64,000 bases of DNA from assembly GCA_039586365.1 (NCBI GenBank), contig JBDHKN010000001.1:128001-192000 (forward strand). The letters run 5' to 3'. This document shows positions 20,446 through 30,373 of this stretch, one piece after another (the first letter of the stretch is position 1; each line of letters opens with the position of its first letter). Made by a program: the position numbers and the translations under genes. The stretch is from Gemmatimonadota bacterium (GTDB lineage Bacteria > Gemmatimonadota > Gemmatimonadetes > Gemmatimonadales > GWC2-71-9). The notes under the pieces are model-generated. The model was not told the DNA's origin, searched no databases, and saw only the letters and a program-made list of their open reading frames with translations.

Positions 20446-20838
20446 CTAGGTGCCCGGGCGCCGCAGCTCGAGCCCCCGAACGATCACGTACGCTACCAAT
20501 GCGAACAAGAACACGACAAGCAGCACCCAGGTGATACCCTGGAGCGCGCCGAGCAGCGTGCGGAAGATCTCCCAGGACCAGAGTTCGTTCGTGAGGCTGA
20601 CGACCTGCGCTTCAGGATCAGACGGCGTGATGTACCGGTCCAGCTGCCAGATCCGGACACCGCCCGTTATCCCCACGACGTAGATCGCGAATTTGATGTA
20701 CCGCACCCACGCCACGCTGATCTCGTCAGCGATGATCCGATCGAAGATCCGGCGGAGCGGCTTGTCGAAGACCTTGGCCACAACGTACGCGACCACGATG
20801 GAAACGATGGTAGTCACGACTAGGAGCGTGATGAACAT
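20446..20838 (-). CDS. Hypothetical membrane protein (about three TM helices)
   Basis: GGAGG RBS, ATG at 20838, hydrophobic segments. Confidence 0.8.
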   Translation of the reverse strand: MFITLLVVTTIVSIVVAYVVAKVFDKPLRRIFDRIIADEISVAWVRYIKFAIYVVGITGGVRIWQLDRYITPSDPEAQVVSLTNELWSWEIFRTLLGALQGITWVLLVVFLFALVAYVIVRGLELRRPGT

Positions 20839-21240
20839 GATGACCTCCTCGGCCCGCACGGGGGCCCACGTAGAATAGGCCGTGCGTTGCGTGGCGACCA
20901 GTAGGATCTACAACACACACCCCTACAAGTTCTCGATTCGCCCAAAAACGCGATCCGTGTCTCCTTTGATCTGTGTCATGCGCGCCGCCAGGAAACTGTA
21001 CTGCTGCGACCCGTCGACACAGGTCCCGCCCAAGGGCTCAGCTACGCACAGAGCGGTTGGGCATTGTCGACGATCCGGCAGCTCTGGGCCTGGACATCCT
21101 CGCTCCCGACGGCATGTTTCCGCCAGATGAGCAATCACACCCGTGGTCCCCACGGAAGCCATGCAACGTGAGCCGACAGCGACTGGCAGGTCGGCCGCTT
21201 CGCGGTGCTCGTTCGCGAAGCAGGAATAAGGAGATCCATC

Positions 21241-21738
21241 ATGCGTTCATCCAGAACGGTACCGGTCGTGATCACTGTCGTCGCGGCGGCGCTCACAGCG
21301 TGCGGAACCACGGCTCCAGCGGTGCTCACAGAGGCTGACCGAGATGCCATCGGTGACGTGACCGAGGCCGCCGTCCAGATGGCCAACGAGGCGACAGAAT
21401 GGACGGCGTACACCGACCTCTATTACGCCGAAGACGCCATCATCCTTCCTCCAAACGCTGAGGCAATCAGGGGTAGAGAGCAGATTGCTTCGTTCTTCGG
21501 GACTTTCCCACCGATCAGCGATATGCGATTCGAACAGATCGACGTCGGTGGGGCCCGCGACGTCGCTTACGTGTACGGCACGTACTCCATGGTCATGACG
21601 CCGGAGGGCGGGGAGCCGGAGCAGGACTCCGGCAAGTATATCGAGGTCTGGAAGCGGCAGGCCGACGGATCCTGGAAGGTAACGCTCGACATCTTCAATT
21701 CAGATCTGCCGCTGCCAAGCTCTGAGAGTCAGATGTAG
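21241..21738 (+). CDS. DUF4440/SnoaL-like lipoprotein
   Basis: AAGGAG RBS, lipobox LTAC, YAEDAIILPP, GKYIEVWKRQADGSWK. Confidence 0.85.
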   Translation: MRSSRTVPVVITVVAAALTACGTTAPAVLTEADRDAIGDVTEAAVQMANEATEWTAYTDLYYAEDAIILPPNAEAIRGREQIASFFGTFPPISDMRFEQIDVGGARDVAYVYGTYSMVMTPEGGEPEQDSGKYIEVWKRQADGSWKVTLDIFNSDLPLPSSESQM

Positions 21739-21822
21739 GGATCGGACGCGCTGCCGGAGCCTAGCCCGCTCAAGAAGCCGCCGAACTCTATCCGGGTCAT
21801 TCAAGCACCTCGGAGGTGATGG

Positions 21823-22003
21823 AGAGTCCACGTGGTCCGGCGGTCTCTTTCGTAAGCTGGTCAGGCTATACGGACGGTGGCCTGGAGGCTTTTCGACGTG
21901 GGAAACCGACCAACATCATCTGGATGGACGGTCTGGGCGTGAGCCACGTGATCAGTGGTAACCTAGATTTGCGGGAAGTCATCGAGCGTCTGGCTTTGAA
22001 GGG
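21823..22003 (+). pseudogene. Remnant of an Mrr-like restriction endonuclease C-terminus
   Basis: STWSGGLF then a +1 frameshift into VSWSGYTDGGLEAFRRGKPTNIIWMDGL; no N-terminal part. Confidence 0.55.
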
Positions 22004-22193
22004 CTTGCAGAACTCCCTACACTGGCCGTTAGCAGGTCCTGTCTGCCGAATTGGCGGCGACAGTCTCCGCAACAGATTTTAGCTTGGCTCAAGCTGGGTA
22101 CGGAGGGCAGAAACCTCGGTTTGCGGTGCGTAACTGTTCCCGCTTATCCGTGACGCTGGGGAGCCGGGGCAATGCCGCCAGTGGGCTGTCTGT

Positions 22194-23201
22194 TCAATGC
22201 TCTCTGCGCGTACCTTGCTCTTCCAGCCAGGCTGCAGCAGCAGGGTGTAGGGGTATGGGTGCCGTGAGCAGTGCTTCTACGTGAATCTGATTCGCGATTG
22301 CGTTGACTTGGATCAGCTGGTCACGTTGATCTCGCAGTATGTCCAGGAGGAGCCGTACGACGCTGCCGTCCAGCGCCTCAGTTGCGACAATCCAATTCAT
22401 CACAGCAACGGTGGGGATGTCTGTCTCAACGCCAGGATATGCGTGAGCGGGAATCGTCCCAGGCGCATAGTACGGATACCTCTCAGCAAGAAGCTGCTGA
22501 GTGGCGCTGTCGATCTGCAGTATGCGCGCCTTTCCTGTAGTCGTCGCTTCGAGTACCGCAGCAGCAGGATAGCCTACGGAGATGAGGGCTGCATCGATAG
22601 CCCCGTCTCGTAGCGCATTGGCCGATTCACTGAACGAGAGGTAACGGGTCTCGATATCTTCGTAGCCGATGTCGTAGGCCTCCAGCACTTGGCGGGCGAG
22701 TTGCTCCGTACCGCTTCCGGGCGAACCGACCGAGACCCGCTGGCCAGCCAAGTCCACTATCGAGTTAGCATCCGAACCCCTGGAAACGAGGACGTGAGTC
22801 ACGTTCGGATAGAGAGGTGCGATGATTCGCAGCGTTTCTAGAGGCTCCGGATAATCGCTGCCGCCAGAATACGCCTCGTACACGGTTGTGGCCATCGAGA
22901 AGCCGAAGTCCATCTCTCCATTCACCACCCGGTTTACATTCTCCACTGATCCACCGGTAACCTCGGCTGTGTATTGATGGCTAGGATCCGCGACCGACAG
23001 TCGGCTGGCAATTGCGCCGCCCAGAGGATAGTAGATCCCACCGGTGCCTGCAGTGCCCAGGCTGAGGAAGCGGCGTGCGCCATCCGTTTGCCCGGATCCG
23101 CACGACGTGGAGATCGTGGCAGAGACTGCAAGGAGCGCAGCGACTAGCGTAGCCCTCTTGAGACTACGTCCCTGGGTCATAGAGCTGGTCATGGTCACCA
23201 C
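22194..23201 (-). CDS. TAXI family TRAP transporter solute-binding subunit
   Basis: GTAGTGGIYYPLG, TGGSVEN, VSVGSPGSGTE, IPLHPAA. Confidence 0.93.
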   Translation of the reverse strand: MVTMTSSMTQGRSLKRATLVAALLAVSATISTSCGSGQTDGARRFLSLGTAGTGGIYYPLGGAIASRLSVADPSHQYTAEVTGGSVENVNRVVNGEMDFGFSMATTVYEAYSGGSDYPEPLETLRIIAPLYPNVTHVLVSRGSDANSIVDLAGQRVSVGSPGSGTEQLARQVLEAYDIGYEDIETRYLSFSESANALRDGAIDAALISVGYPAAAVLEATTTGKARILQIDSATQQLLAERYPYYAPGTIPAHAYPGVETDIPTVAVMNWIVATEALDGSVVRLLLDILRDQRDQLIQVNAIANQIHVEALLTAPIPLHPAAAAWLEEQGTRREH

Positions 23202-25071
23202 CAGCGACCTCCTTGAGTTGGCTCAGAAGTGTGACGGCAACGATCCCGAAGCCCACTGCGTCAGTCAAGAGTCCGGGTCTTACAAGGGCCACCGCTGCCA
23301 GCAGGAGGAGAACTCGCTGCCAAGCCACGACGGGTCGACGGACGTACCCAACTACGGCTCCTGCCAACGTCATTACGCCCACACACGCGGTGACTACTGC
23401 ACCAATCACGGCCAGAGGTGAGGCCTGGAGTAGCAGTGCCGGTCCGTATACGAACATGAACGGAATCAGAAAGCCGGCGCTGGCCAGCGTGAGCGCGGTA
23501 AATGCGGTTCTCAGTGGTGGTGCCCCGGCGATGCCGGATGCCGCGTACGCCGCGAGGGCCACTGGTGGGGTGACGTTCGATAGGCAACCGAAGTAGAAGA
23601 TGAACAAATGCGCGGCGAGTAGAGGCACACCCAAATCCGTGAGCGCAGGCGCCCCCAGGGCCGCTAACACCACATACGCCGCAGCCGGTGGTAGTCCCAT
23701 TCCCAGTAGGATCGATCCGAGGGCAGTGAGAACGAGGGCGACTGGGAGGTGACCGCCCGACAACGTGATGATGAACTCCGACATCCGCAGGCCGATGCCA
23801 GTCAAAGACACCACACCGACGACGATTCCGGCGGCGGCGCATGCAGCCGCGACCTGAACAGTGCCCTTTGCAGCACCGACGAGAGTGTTGCCGACCTGCC
23901 CCGACGTGAGGCGCGTCTGTTTGGGCCCCAAGGTCACAACCGCTGCCACGATGACTCCCCAGAACGCGGCCCTCATAGGTGAACGGCCGAGCACGAGGAG
24001 TACCACGATGACACCAATGGGAAGCAACAGGTGCAACCGCGACAGAGTCTCGCTGTCGAGGTGGGTAGTGCCCGGTGGCAGTCTCATCTTGTGTGCCTGG
24101 AAGTGGATCGCCATGAGGAGGGCAACGTAGTAGAGGAGAGCCGGGATGGCCGCAGCCAAGGCCACTTCGACATAGGGGATGTTCGTCCAAGTGGCTAGGA
24201 TGAAGGCCCCAGCTCCCATGATCGGAGGCATTAGCTGCCCGCCCGTGCTCGCGGCCGCTTCGATGGCACCCGCGAAGTGAGGTCGGAAACCAGACCGCTT
24301 CATCACAGGTATTGTGAGCGAGCCGGTTGTGACGACGTTGGCCACGGCGCTGCCGGAGATTGAGCCCATCAACGCGCTGGCGACAGCCGCGGTCTTGGCG
24401 GGACCGCCCCGCGTGGATCCAGCTATCTTGGCCGACAGCCCGGTCAGCAACCTTCCCCCTCCCGCTACATCCAGCACTGTCCCAAACAAGACGAATAGGT
24501 AGATGAAATCGGCCGACACCCCCAGCGGAACGCCCCAGATCCCTTCGGTTGTCAGGTATAAGTGCTCGATCAAACGTTGAACGCCGTAGCCACGGTGCGC
24601 GAGAAGACCAGGCAAGTACGGGCCCAACAATACGTATGCGATTGCCAACAGAGCGACGGTCACCAGACCCCAGCCGGAGGTGCGTCTTGCTAACTCCAGT
24701 GTAACGACGATGGCCATCGCCCCAGCTGTGAGGTCGAGCACCGTCGCTGCTCCTGCGCGCCGCACCAGCTCTTGATGGATCACCGCGATGTAGCAGCAGG
24801 AGATCAGGGTTGCGCCGATCAGCAGGGCGTCGATCGTACAGTTGAGCTGCTTCCTGCGCCTGCCGGCCGGTTCGTTGTCGGGCTCGTCGTCCGTGTCCTG
24901 TCGTCCACGCTTCCAGCGAACGACGCCCACCCCGAGGAATCCCATGACGGCCATGAAGGCCAGGTGGACGGGACGCTGGACGAATGCGGTGAACGGCTCG
25001 ACGCCCGCGCCGTACAGGTGGAACAGCGCCGCCCCCAGAGCGAGGGCGGCGACAACGGTGCGGTGAATCAG
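23164..25071 (-). CDS. TRAP transporter fused 4TM/12TM permease (TAXI type)
   Basis: GGPAKTA, GSISGSAVANV, ASTGGQLMPPIMGAGAF, TPPVALAAY. The frame stays open and protein-like upstream of the ORF-track start (LFHLYGAG...QRPVHLAF); probable CTG start at 25071. Confidence 0.9.
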   Translation of the reverse strand: MIHRTVVAALALGAALFHLYGAGVEPFTAFVQRPVHLAFMAVMGFLGVGVVRWKRGRQDTDDEPDNEPAGRRRKQLNCTIDALLIGATLISCCYIAVIHQELVRRAGAATVLDLTAGAMAIVVTLELARRTSGWGLVTVALLAIAYVLLGPYLPGLLAHRGYGVQRLIEHLYLTTEGIWGVPLGVSADFIYLFVLFGTVLDVAGGGRLLTGLSAKIAGSTRGGPAKTAAVASALMGSISGSAVANVVTTGSLTIPVMKRSGFRPHFAGAIEAAASTGGQLMPPIMGAGAFILATWTNIPYVEVALAAAIPALLYYVALLMAIHFQAHKMRLPPGTTHLDSETLSRLHLLLPIGVIVVLLVLGRSPMRAAFWGVIVAAVVTLGPKQTRLTSGQVGNTLVGAAKGTVQVAAACAAAGIVVGVVSLTGIGLRMSEFIITLSGGHLPVALVLTALGSILLGMGLPPAAAYVVLAALGAPALTDLGVPLLAAHLFIFYFGCLSNVTPPVALAAYAASGIAGAPPLRTAFTALTLASAGFLIPFMFVYGPALLLQASPLAVIGAVVTACVGVMTLAGAVVGYVRRPVVAWQRVLLLLAAVALVRPGLLTDAVGFGIVAVTLLSQLKEVAGGDHDQLYDPGT

Positions 25072-25080
25072 CGCGCTGTC

Positions 25081-26685
25081 CTACCGTCCTGATCCACTCC
25101 CAGCGCCGGTCGGCGGTGGCGCAGGAGGCGGATAAGGAACACCCAGCTGTGCCAGGTACGTGTCGTACTTGGTCGGATCGTAAATGAGCTTCTCCAGCTC
25201 CGGACGGTACAACTTCATCTTTTCCTCGTTGAGGTGGATCGGCGGGTCGGTTCCTTCGGGGATGAGTGAGACCCACTGGTACTCCTTGGTTTGCACTTCC
25301 CGGTGGTAGCGCCAGGCCTCGTCCACTAACTCGGGGTCCATCAGAACGTCTATAGCGGTCATGGCGATTACCCGGGCACCGTAGTTGGAGCCCTTGTGTG
25401 CAATGGGAGTCGCCGCCGCGATCCCAGCCGACCAGTGGTGGCCGATGGTTCCAGGTATGTTCGCCGGGTACCGGAGCCGGATGGTGGGCACGTTCCAGGA
25501 CACCTCGGCGATGTCGTCACTGCCGCCCCCCATCCCCTGGTCGGACTCGCTCAGCGTGTCCACTTCTGTCCGTAGTCCGGTTTCCTCCCGATCCAGCATC
25601 TTCTGTACTGCCTTTGCTAGGACCTGATCAGCCTCGTCCCACTCGGGCATGCCGACCCGGTCGATGTTGGCCTGCATCCGTTCGGCGAGGGGCTTGCTCA
25701 TGGTGGAAGGCCATGCCGAGCCCAGCACGCGCTCCTCGACGGTGGTCGACGTCATCATCGAGGCGGCCTTGGCCATCGTCTGACCCAGTTCGTGCAGCTC
25801 CTTGATGCGGGGATAGTCGAGTTCTCGGAAGTAGTACCAGACGGACGCCTCAGATGGGACAACGTTCGGTTGATTGCCGCCGTTGGGAATCACGTAGTGG
25901 GATCGCTGCTGGAGCCTCAGGTGCTCACGGCGGAAGTTCCACCCAGTGTTCATCAACTCCACTGCATCCAACGCACTGCGGCCGGCCCACGGCGCTCCCG
26001 CTCCATGTGCTGACGTGCCGCTGAAAGTGAAGATCGTCGACACGAGTCCGGACCCCGAGATGCCCCATCCGGTAGTCATCCGGTTGCTCACGTGGGTCGA
26101 GAGCATGATATCCATGCCCTCGAACAACCCGGCGTTCACCATGTAGGTGCGCGAGGCCACGAGTTCCTCGGCCACACCCGGGATCACCTTGAGCGTTCCC
26201 TGCAGACCGTGTCGCTCCATCACGCGCTTCACGGCTATCACAGCAGTGATGTCAACTGCCGGTGTGGTGTTGTGGCCCTCGCCGTGCCCCGGTCCTCCCG
26301 GAATCAAAGGATCGTGATATGGTACGCCGGGCCGCTGGGATGTTTCAGGCAGGCCGTCGATGTCACCCATGAATCCAACCACCGGGCTTCCGCTGCCCCA
26401 GGTAGCGACATAGTTGGTGGGCATCCCGGCGCCACCCATCTGCACGTCGAAGCCCTCCTGGCGGAGAATGCCGGTCAGATATTCAGCGGTCCAGATTTCC
26501 TGGAAACCCAGTTCACCGTGGCTGAATACCTTGTCCACTATCTCCTGGGTGAGCTTCCCCATGGAAGCAACTTCCTGGCGCACCTCTTCACGGACTTGAT
26601 CGACTGACTGTCCTTGAACGGCGAGCGGTGTCAAAAGAAGGCTGCAGAGAGAGGCAGCAAGCACCGAAAGACGGCATTTCTGCAT
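25081..26685 (-). CDS. Secreted M20 family amidohydrolase (AbgB-like)
   Basis: Sec-type signal peptide, ELGFQE, GHGEGHN, AEE, SAHGAGAPWAGRSALDA, GGSDD. Confidence 0.88.
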   Translation of the reverse strand: MQKCRLSVLAASLCSLLLTPLAVQGQSVDQVREEVRQEVASMGKLTQEIVDKVFSHGELGFQEIWTAEYLTGILRQEGFDVQMGGAGMPTNYVATWGSGSPVVGFMGDIDGLPETSQRPGVPYHDPLIPGGPGHGEGHNTTPAVDITAVIAVKRVMERHGLQGTLKVIPGVAEELVASRTYMVNAGLFEGMDIMLSTHVSNRMTTGWGISGSGLVSTIFTFSGTSAHGAGAPWAGRSALDAVELMNTGWNFRREHLRLQQRSHYVIPNGGNQPNVVPSEASVWYYFRELDYPRIKELHELGQTMAKAASMMTSTTVEERVLGSAWPSTMSKPLAERMQANIDRVGMPEWDEADQVLAKAVQKMLDREETGLRTEVDTLSESDQGMGGGSDDIAEVSWNVPTIRLRYPANIPGTIGHHWSAGIAAATPIAHKGSNYGARVIAMTAIDVLMDPELVDEAWRYHREVQTKEYQWVSLIPEGTDPPIHLNEEKMKLYRPELEKLIYDPTKYDTYLAQLGVPYPPPAPPPTGAGSGSGR

Positions 26686-26979
26686 AATGACGCTCCTGTT
26701 GGTTGGGGAGAGTGGCGGATGCCAATGAATATGGCACCTGTGAAGTCTATCCGGCAGGAGACATGATGCCGCTCGCCGCCCCCCCAGGGGTCGGGAACGG
26801 CGGCGACCAAAACAATTTTGAATCCTACTCTATCGGCCCAGGTCTGTCTCCGGCTCGGTGGTTGATTCGGCCAGCGGTGGATAGGGCACTCCCGTTTGCT
26901 CGAGATAGGTGTGCCAGCTCGGCGAGCAAGCACGTGCTGCTGTCAGGGTGGGCCAAGAGGAGAGATCGTAAGCAGGGTG

Positions 26980-27756
26980 TCAAGTCGCAATCAACACGAG
27001 CCATGTCGCCAGGTTCGATGCTACCAGTGACCATCCCACCGTTTTGAGTTGCCGCGGATGAACGTGTACCGCAGTGATAATGAGAGCGGTCACGCCTGCC
27101 GGTACCAACGCCAGCGCTGCCTTGGGAGGGAGCGGACCGACGGTGGTTATCACAACGCCGGCAGCGATGGTGAGCAATCCCAGCAGGGGTGCGGCAACAA
27201 TGGACCAGGATGAGCGAGTGGCTGGTTTGTGCTTGGCCTTTATGGCGTGAACCGCAATCGTGCCGAGCAGGAAGCTCACAAACCACACTCCACACGCGAG
27301 CCATGCCAAGGCCCACTCCACGCCCCCAGACACTGCAACGGGCATTACAATGCTCGACATCGCCGCTATCACCAGAGTCTCCGGCACAAGACCCTTCAAT
27401 CTCCCAGTCGCGAAGGCTGGAACCAAGACACCGCTACAGGCCAGTGGTGCCAGGACTGCAAGTCTGCCCTCGGGGGAAGCTGCTACCATAGCTATCAATC
27501 CGGCCGCCGTCCCTGCAGATGCCAGCAAGACAATCCGCATGGTTGCTCTTCTGGTCCACAACTCCCGCAACCGCTCTCCCCTCACGCCGTTGATGATCGC
27601 AACAGGTTCGTGCAGGAAGAAGAACACCACAGCGGCGAAAGCGAAGCAGTACGAGGGTACTGTGGCGCGGCCAAGCGACAATCCTGTGGCAAGCGGAAAC
27701 AGGAGTTCCGCGTACGCACCGTGCTCGCGCGGGAGCAAGGACTGATAGCGAGGCAT
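26980..27756 (-). CDS. YwiC-like membrane protein
   Basis: PREHGAY N-terminal motif, multiple TM helices. Confidence 0.75.
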   Translation of the reverse strand: MPRYQSLLPREHGAYAELLFPLATGLSLGRATVPSYCFAFAAVVFFFLHEPVAIINGVRGERLRELWTRRATMRIVLLASAGTAAGLIAMVAASPEGRLAVLAPLACSGVLVPAFATGRLKGLVPETLVIAAMSSIVMPVAVSGGVEWALAWLACGVWFVSFLLGTIAVHAIKAKHKPATRSSWSIVAAPLLGLLTIAAGVVITTVGPLPPKAALALVPAGVTALIITAVHVHPRQLKTVGWSLVASNLATWLVLIAT

Positions 27757-27819
27757 TGATCGGCGTGGTCTCCCTCTGGGAGCTTCTGTCTCTTGATTGC
27801 AGTCAGGGGTGCCCAGTCA

Positions 27820-28046
27820 TCTCTGGGGCATCGGTGGCGTTCAGTGCGTACCTCTGGTTGATGGGTGCTACGACCCCTGCACCTGCACCCACCTATGCGT
27901 ACGTGAATCCCTTGGTTGCTGTTGTACTGGGTTGGCAGCTAGCAGCCGAACCGATGAACCCTATAGTGGTTCTTGCCGCAGCGGTAGTCGTAAGTACCGT
28001 GGCTCTCATCGTCTCCCGGCAGGCTCGGGTTGGCTCCCCGGCATAG
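27820..28046 (+). pseudogene. EamA/DMT transporter C-terminal fragment
   Basis: VAFSAYLWLM...TYAYVNPLVAVVLGW...EP; the N-terminal part is missing. Confidence 0.7.
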
Positions 28047-28168
28047 AAACGTCTACTCCAGCAGCACAAGCCCCCGGTATGGCAATGCTGCCTTCGGCGT
28101 GTGACGGCCCCTTTCCCTAACATAAAGTCAGGTCTGGAGCGGTGAGCAGTCAGATAGAGAAGCGTCCC

Positions 28169-28357
28169 CTATTTGCTGCCTCTCTCTTTCATCACTATGT
28201 CCACTATCACCTTCATGAGCTTGTCTCGAGCAGTATCGACATCTTGCTGCAGAGGCACCTTGCTCCCAATTAGCTTCTTCTCTCGGCGCACGACTGCGTC
28301 CTCAAAGTGGTTCAATGCCTCTACGATCATGTGCTGATATTCCAGGCCTGAACTCAT
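28169..28357 (-). CDS. Small hypothetical helical protein (62 aa)
   Basis: GGGAGAG RBS before ATG 28357; MSSGLEYQHMIVEALNHFEDAVVRREKK. Confidence 0.65.
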   Translation of the reverse strand: MSSGLEYQHMIVEALNHFEDAVVRREKKLIGSKVPLQQDVDTARDKLMKVIVDIVMKERGSK

Positions 28358-28470
28358 TGGTCTCTCCCGGTTGGCGTTCTCCATGCTCTCAGATAACATT
28401 GGGGCCGATGGTCGGCAAGTGTTGCCCGGGTGGTCGCGGTTCCGGACGGTTGCTTTCCCAGTGTCGAACC

Positions 28471-29583
28471 TCAGAAGATCCTGACCAACGCGATTCTCCC
28501 ATCCGGTCCGACAGCCCAACCGACTTCACGGGAGGAGAACGCTACACTCCAATAGGCAAGCGTGTCCAGCAGGGTCCAGTTGATGCCGTTGTCCAGCGTG
28601 TAGGCGGCTCCCTTGGGACCGACGGCGACAAAGCTATGCGGTGATCCGGGTATTGATGCGACTCCGTAGATCGCTCCGGAAAAGGCCGGCCTCCCCGCCA
28701 ACGTCCAAGTGGAACCTCCGTCCCCAGTCCGGGCAATATTGTCCGCGTAGGTATCGGGACTGTTGATGTCACCTCCGACCGCGAGACCCCGTGAGGCATC
28801 CTCGAACGCCAGCGCAGTGATTCCTCGTCCCGTTCCGCTCACCACTGGAGTGTCGTGCACAGACCAACTGTAGCCCCTGTCAGCCGTGACCAAGATCCGG
28901 GCCCGGTCGCTCGAACCCGTTCCGAACCACGCTGTGCTGTCACCGAAAGTCACCAGGCAATCGCCGCTCGCAGCAAAGCCTCCCTCTCCAGGTAGCGCGG
29001 CAGGAATCGCCGCCTGCGGAATCGGGTTCCAATGTTCACCATCTGTGGTGACGATGATGGGGAACCTGCTGTCAACAGCGTCACTAAACGCGATGCCATT
29101 CGACTCATCCCAGAACCCCATGCAGTCGAAAAACGCCTCCGGTTCGTGGTTGACGAACTGCAGCACCCAATGCCTGCCTCCATCCGAGGTCTTGTAGATG
29201 CGTGAGCCGTCTCCTATACCGGCACTCAAGAGGTAGGCCTTGCTTGAGTCAACCGCGTGTACATCTCTGAACTGTAGAGAATCGGCTCCGGGAACGGTGC
29301 CCGTGCGCCATGTCTGACCGCCATCAACGGTCAGGGCGTAGGTACCTCCCAGCCCGCTAACCCAGGCCACTCTATCGTCGACAGGGCTTATAGCCTGGAG
29401 CCTGCTTGCAGTGCCGCTGGCTTGTCGCGTCAGTGTCGGCTTGGCTCGCGGTCGATCTGCCGTTCCAGAGCCACAGCCTTTCGTGAAGCTGGGCAGCACC
29501 ACGATGACGAGGAGCCTGAGAAATCGGCTATGCACCACGAGCGTACCTCTCCTGTTGCAGGATTTGCTGTCAGTATGCTGCAC
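28471..29583 (-). CDS. BNR/Ycf48-like beta-propeller secreted protein
   Basis: Repeated T-x-D-G-G-x-T-W Asp-box motifs. Confidence 0.85.
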   Translation of the reverse strand: MQHTDSKSCNRRGTLVVHSRFLRLLVIVVLPSFTKGCGSGTADRPRAKPTLTRQASGTASRLQAISPVDDRVAWVSGLGGTYALTVDGGQTWRTGTVPGADSLQFRDVHAVDSSKAYLLSAGIGDGSRIYKTSDGGRHWVLQFVNHEPEAFFDCMGFWDESNGIAFSDAVDSRFPIIVTTDGEHWNPIPQAAIPAALPGEGGFAASGDCLVTFGDSTAWFGTGSSDRARILVTADRGYSWSVHDTPVVSGTGRGITALAFEDASRGLAVGGDINSPDTYADNIARTGDGGSTWTLAGRPAFSGAIYGVASIPGSPHSFVAVGPKGAAYTLDNGINWTLLDTLAYWSVAFSSREVGWAVGPDGRIALVRIF

Positions 29584-29585
29584 GA

Positions 29586-30083
29586 TCAGTCATCGAACTT
29601 CTTGGGATAGTCAAAGTCTACCAACTGACCTCCGGCATCTCCGATCTCCCGCCATGAAGTAGCTGTGAACTGGATTTGTGCGATGCCACAGGTCGGAACG
29701 TTGTCGATACTGCAACGCGCAAGTTGGTTGACGAGGTCAGTCAATTCGGGGTTGTGACCGAACAGCAGCGCACAACTGGCAGCATCGTCAAGCTCGTGGA
29801 TCGCTCTGAGTATGCCTGCAATGCCTCCGTGATATACGCGTTCGTCGACCACAATGTCCTTGGCCGGATAGCCGATCTCGGCGCTGATCGCCTTCGCAGT
29901 GGCCATCGCCCGCAAGGCAGGACTCGACACCACCAGATCGGGCTGCATTTGACGGTTTGCCAATCGTTTCCCCATCCGGGGTGCGTCTCTCTTGCCTCGA
30001 TTGTTCAACGGCCGGTCACTGTCTGCCAATGTTTGGTCCTTCCAGCTCGATTTTGCATGACGTGCCAGCAACAGTGTCTTCAT
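29586..30083 (-). CDS. sixA: SixA family histidine phosphatase
   Basis: RHAKSSW, DRPLN, SSPALRA, FGHNP. Confidence 0.88.
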   Translation of the reverse strand: MKTLLLARHAKSSWKDQTLADSDRPLNNRGKRDAPRMGKRLANRQMQPDLVVSSPALRAMATAKAISAEIGYPAKDIVVDERVYHGGIAGILRAIHELDDAASCALLFGHNPELTDLVNQLARCSIDNVPTCGIAQIQFTATSWREIGDAGGQLVDFDYPKKFDD

Positions 30084-30373
30084 CTTGCACATTCCGTTGG
30101 AGGAGACAGGTTCTTGTCATGAACGTTTCGTGGTGGGTGGACTGGTGTCAACTGATCCCTAGACCTAAGGCGCGCCGGGTCGCCCACCACGGTCAGCTCG
30201 CAGCAAGGAGCGGTGACGGCCGCATTCGGATGTATTGTTCGTAGCTGGTCCGTTGTTTCAGCACTAAATTGTGGGGCGTCGGCAAGTTGCAGTTCCGTCG
30301 CCGGATCGGCAACCATTTCTGCATGTTAGCCTGGGCATGGACCAGGTCTTCAACCATCGATGAGGAGGTCGGC

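Noticed and set aside
20860..21240. Short ORFs between the membrane protein and DUF4440 genes
   Set aside because: No family motif recognised; possibly decayed sequence but not supportable.
23261..25276. 671-aa minus-strand ORF
   Set aside because: Out-of-frame shadow of the TRAP permease; Arg/Gly/Pro-rich with no motifs.
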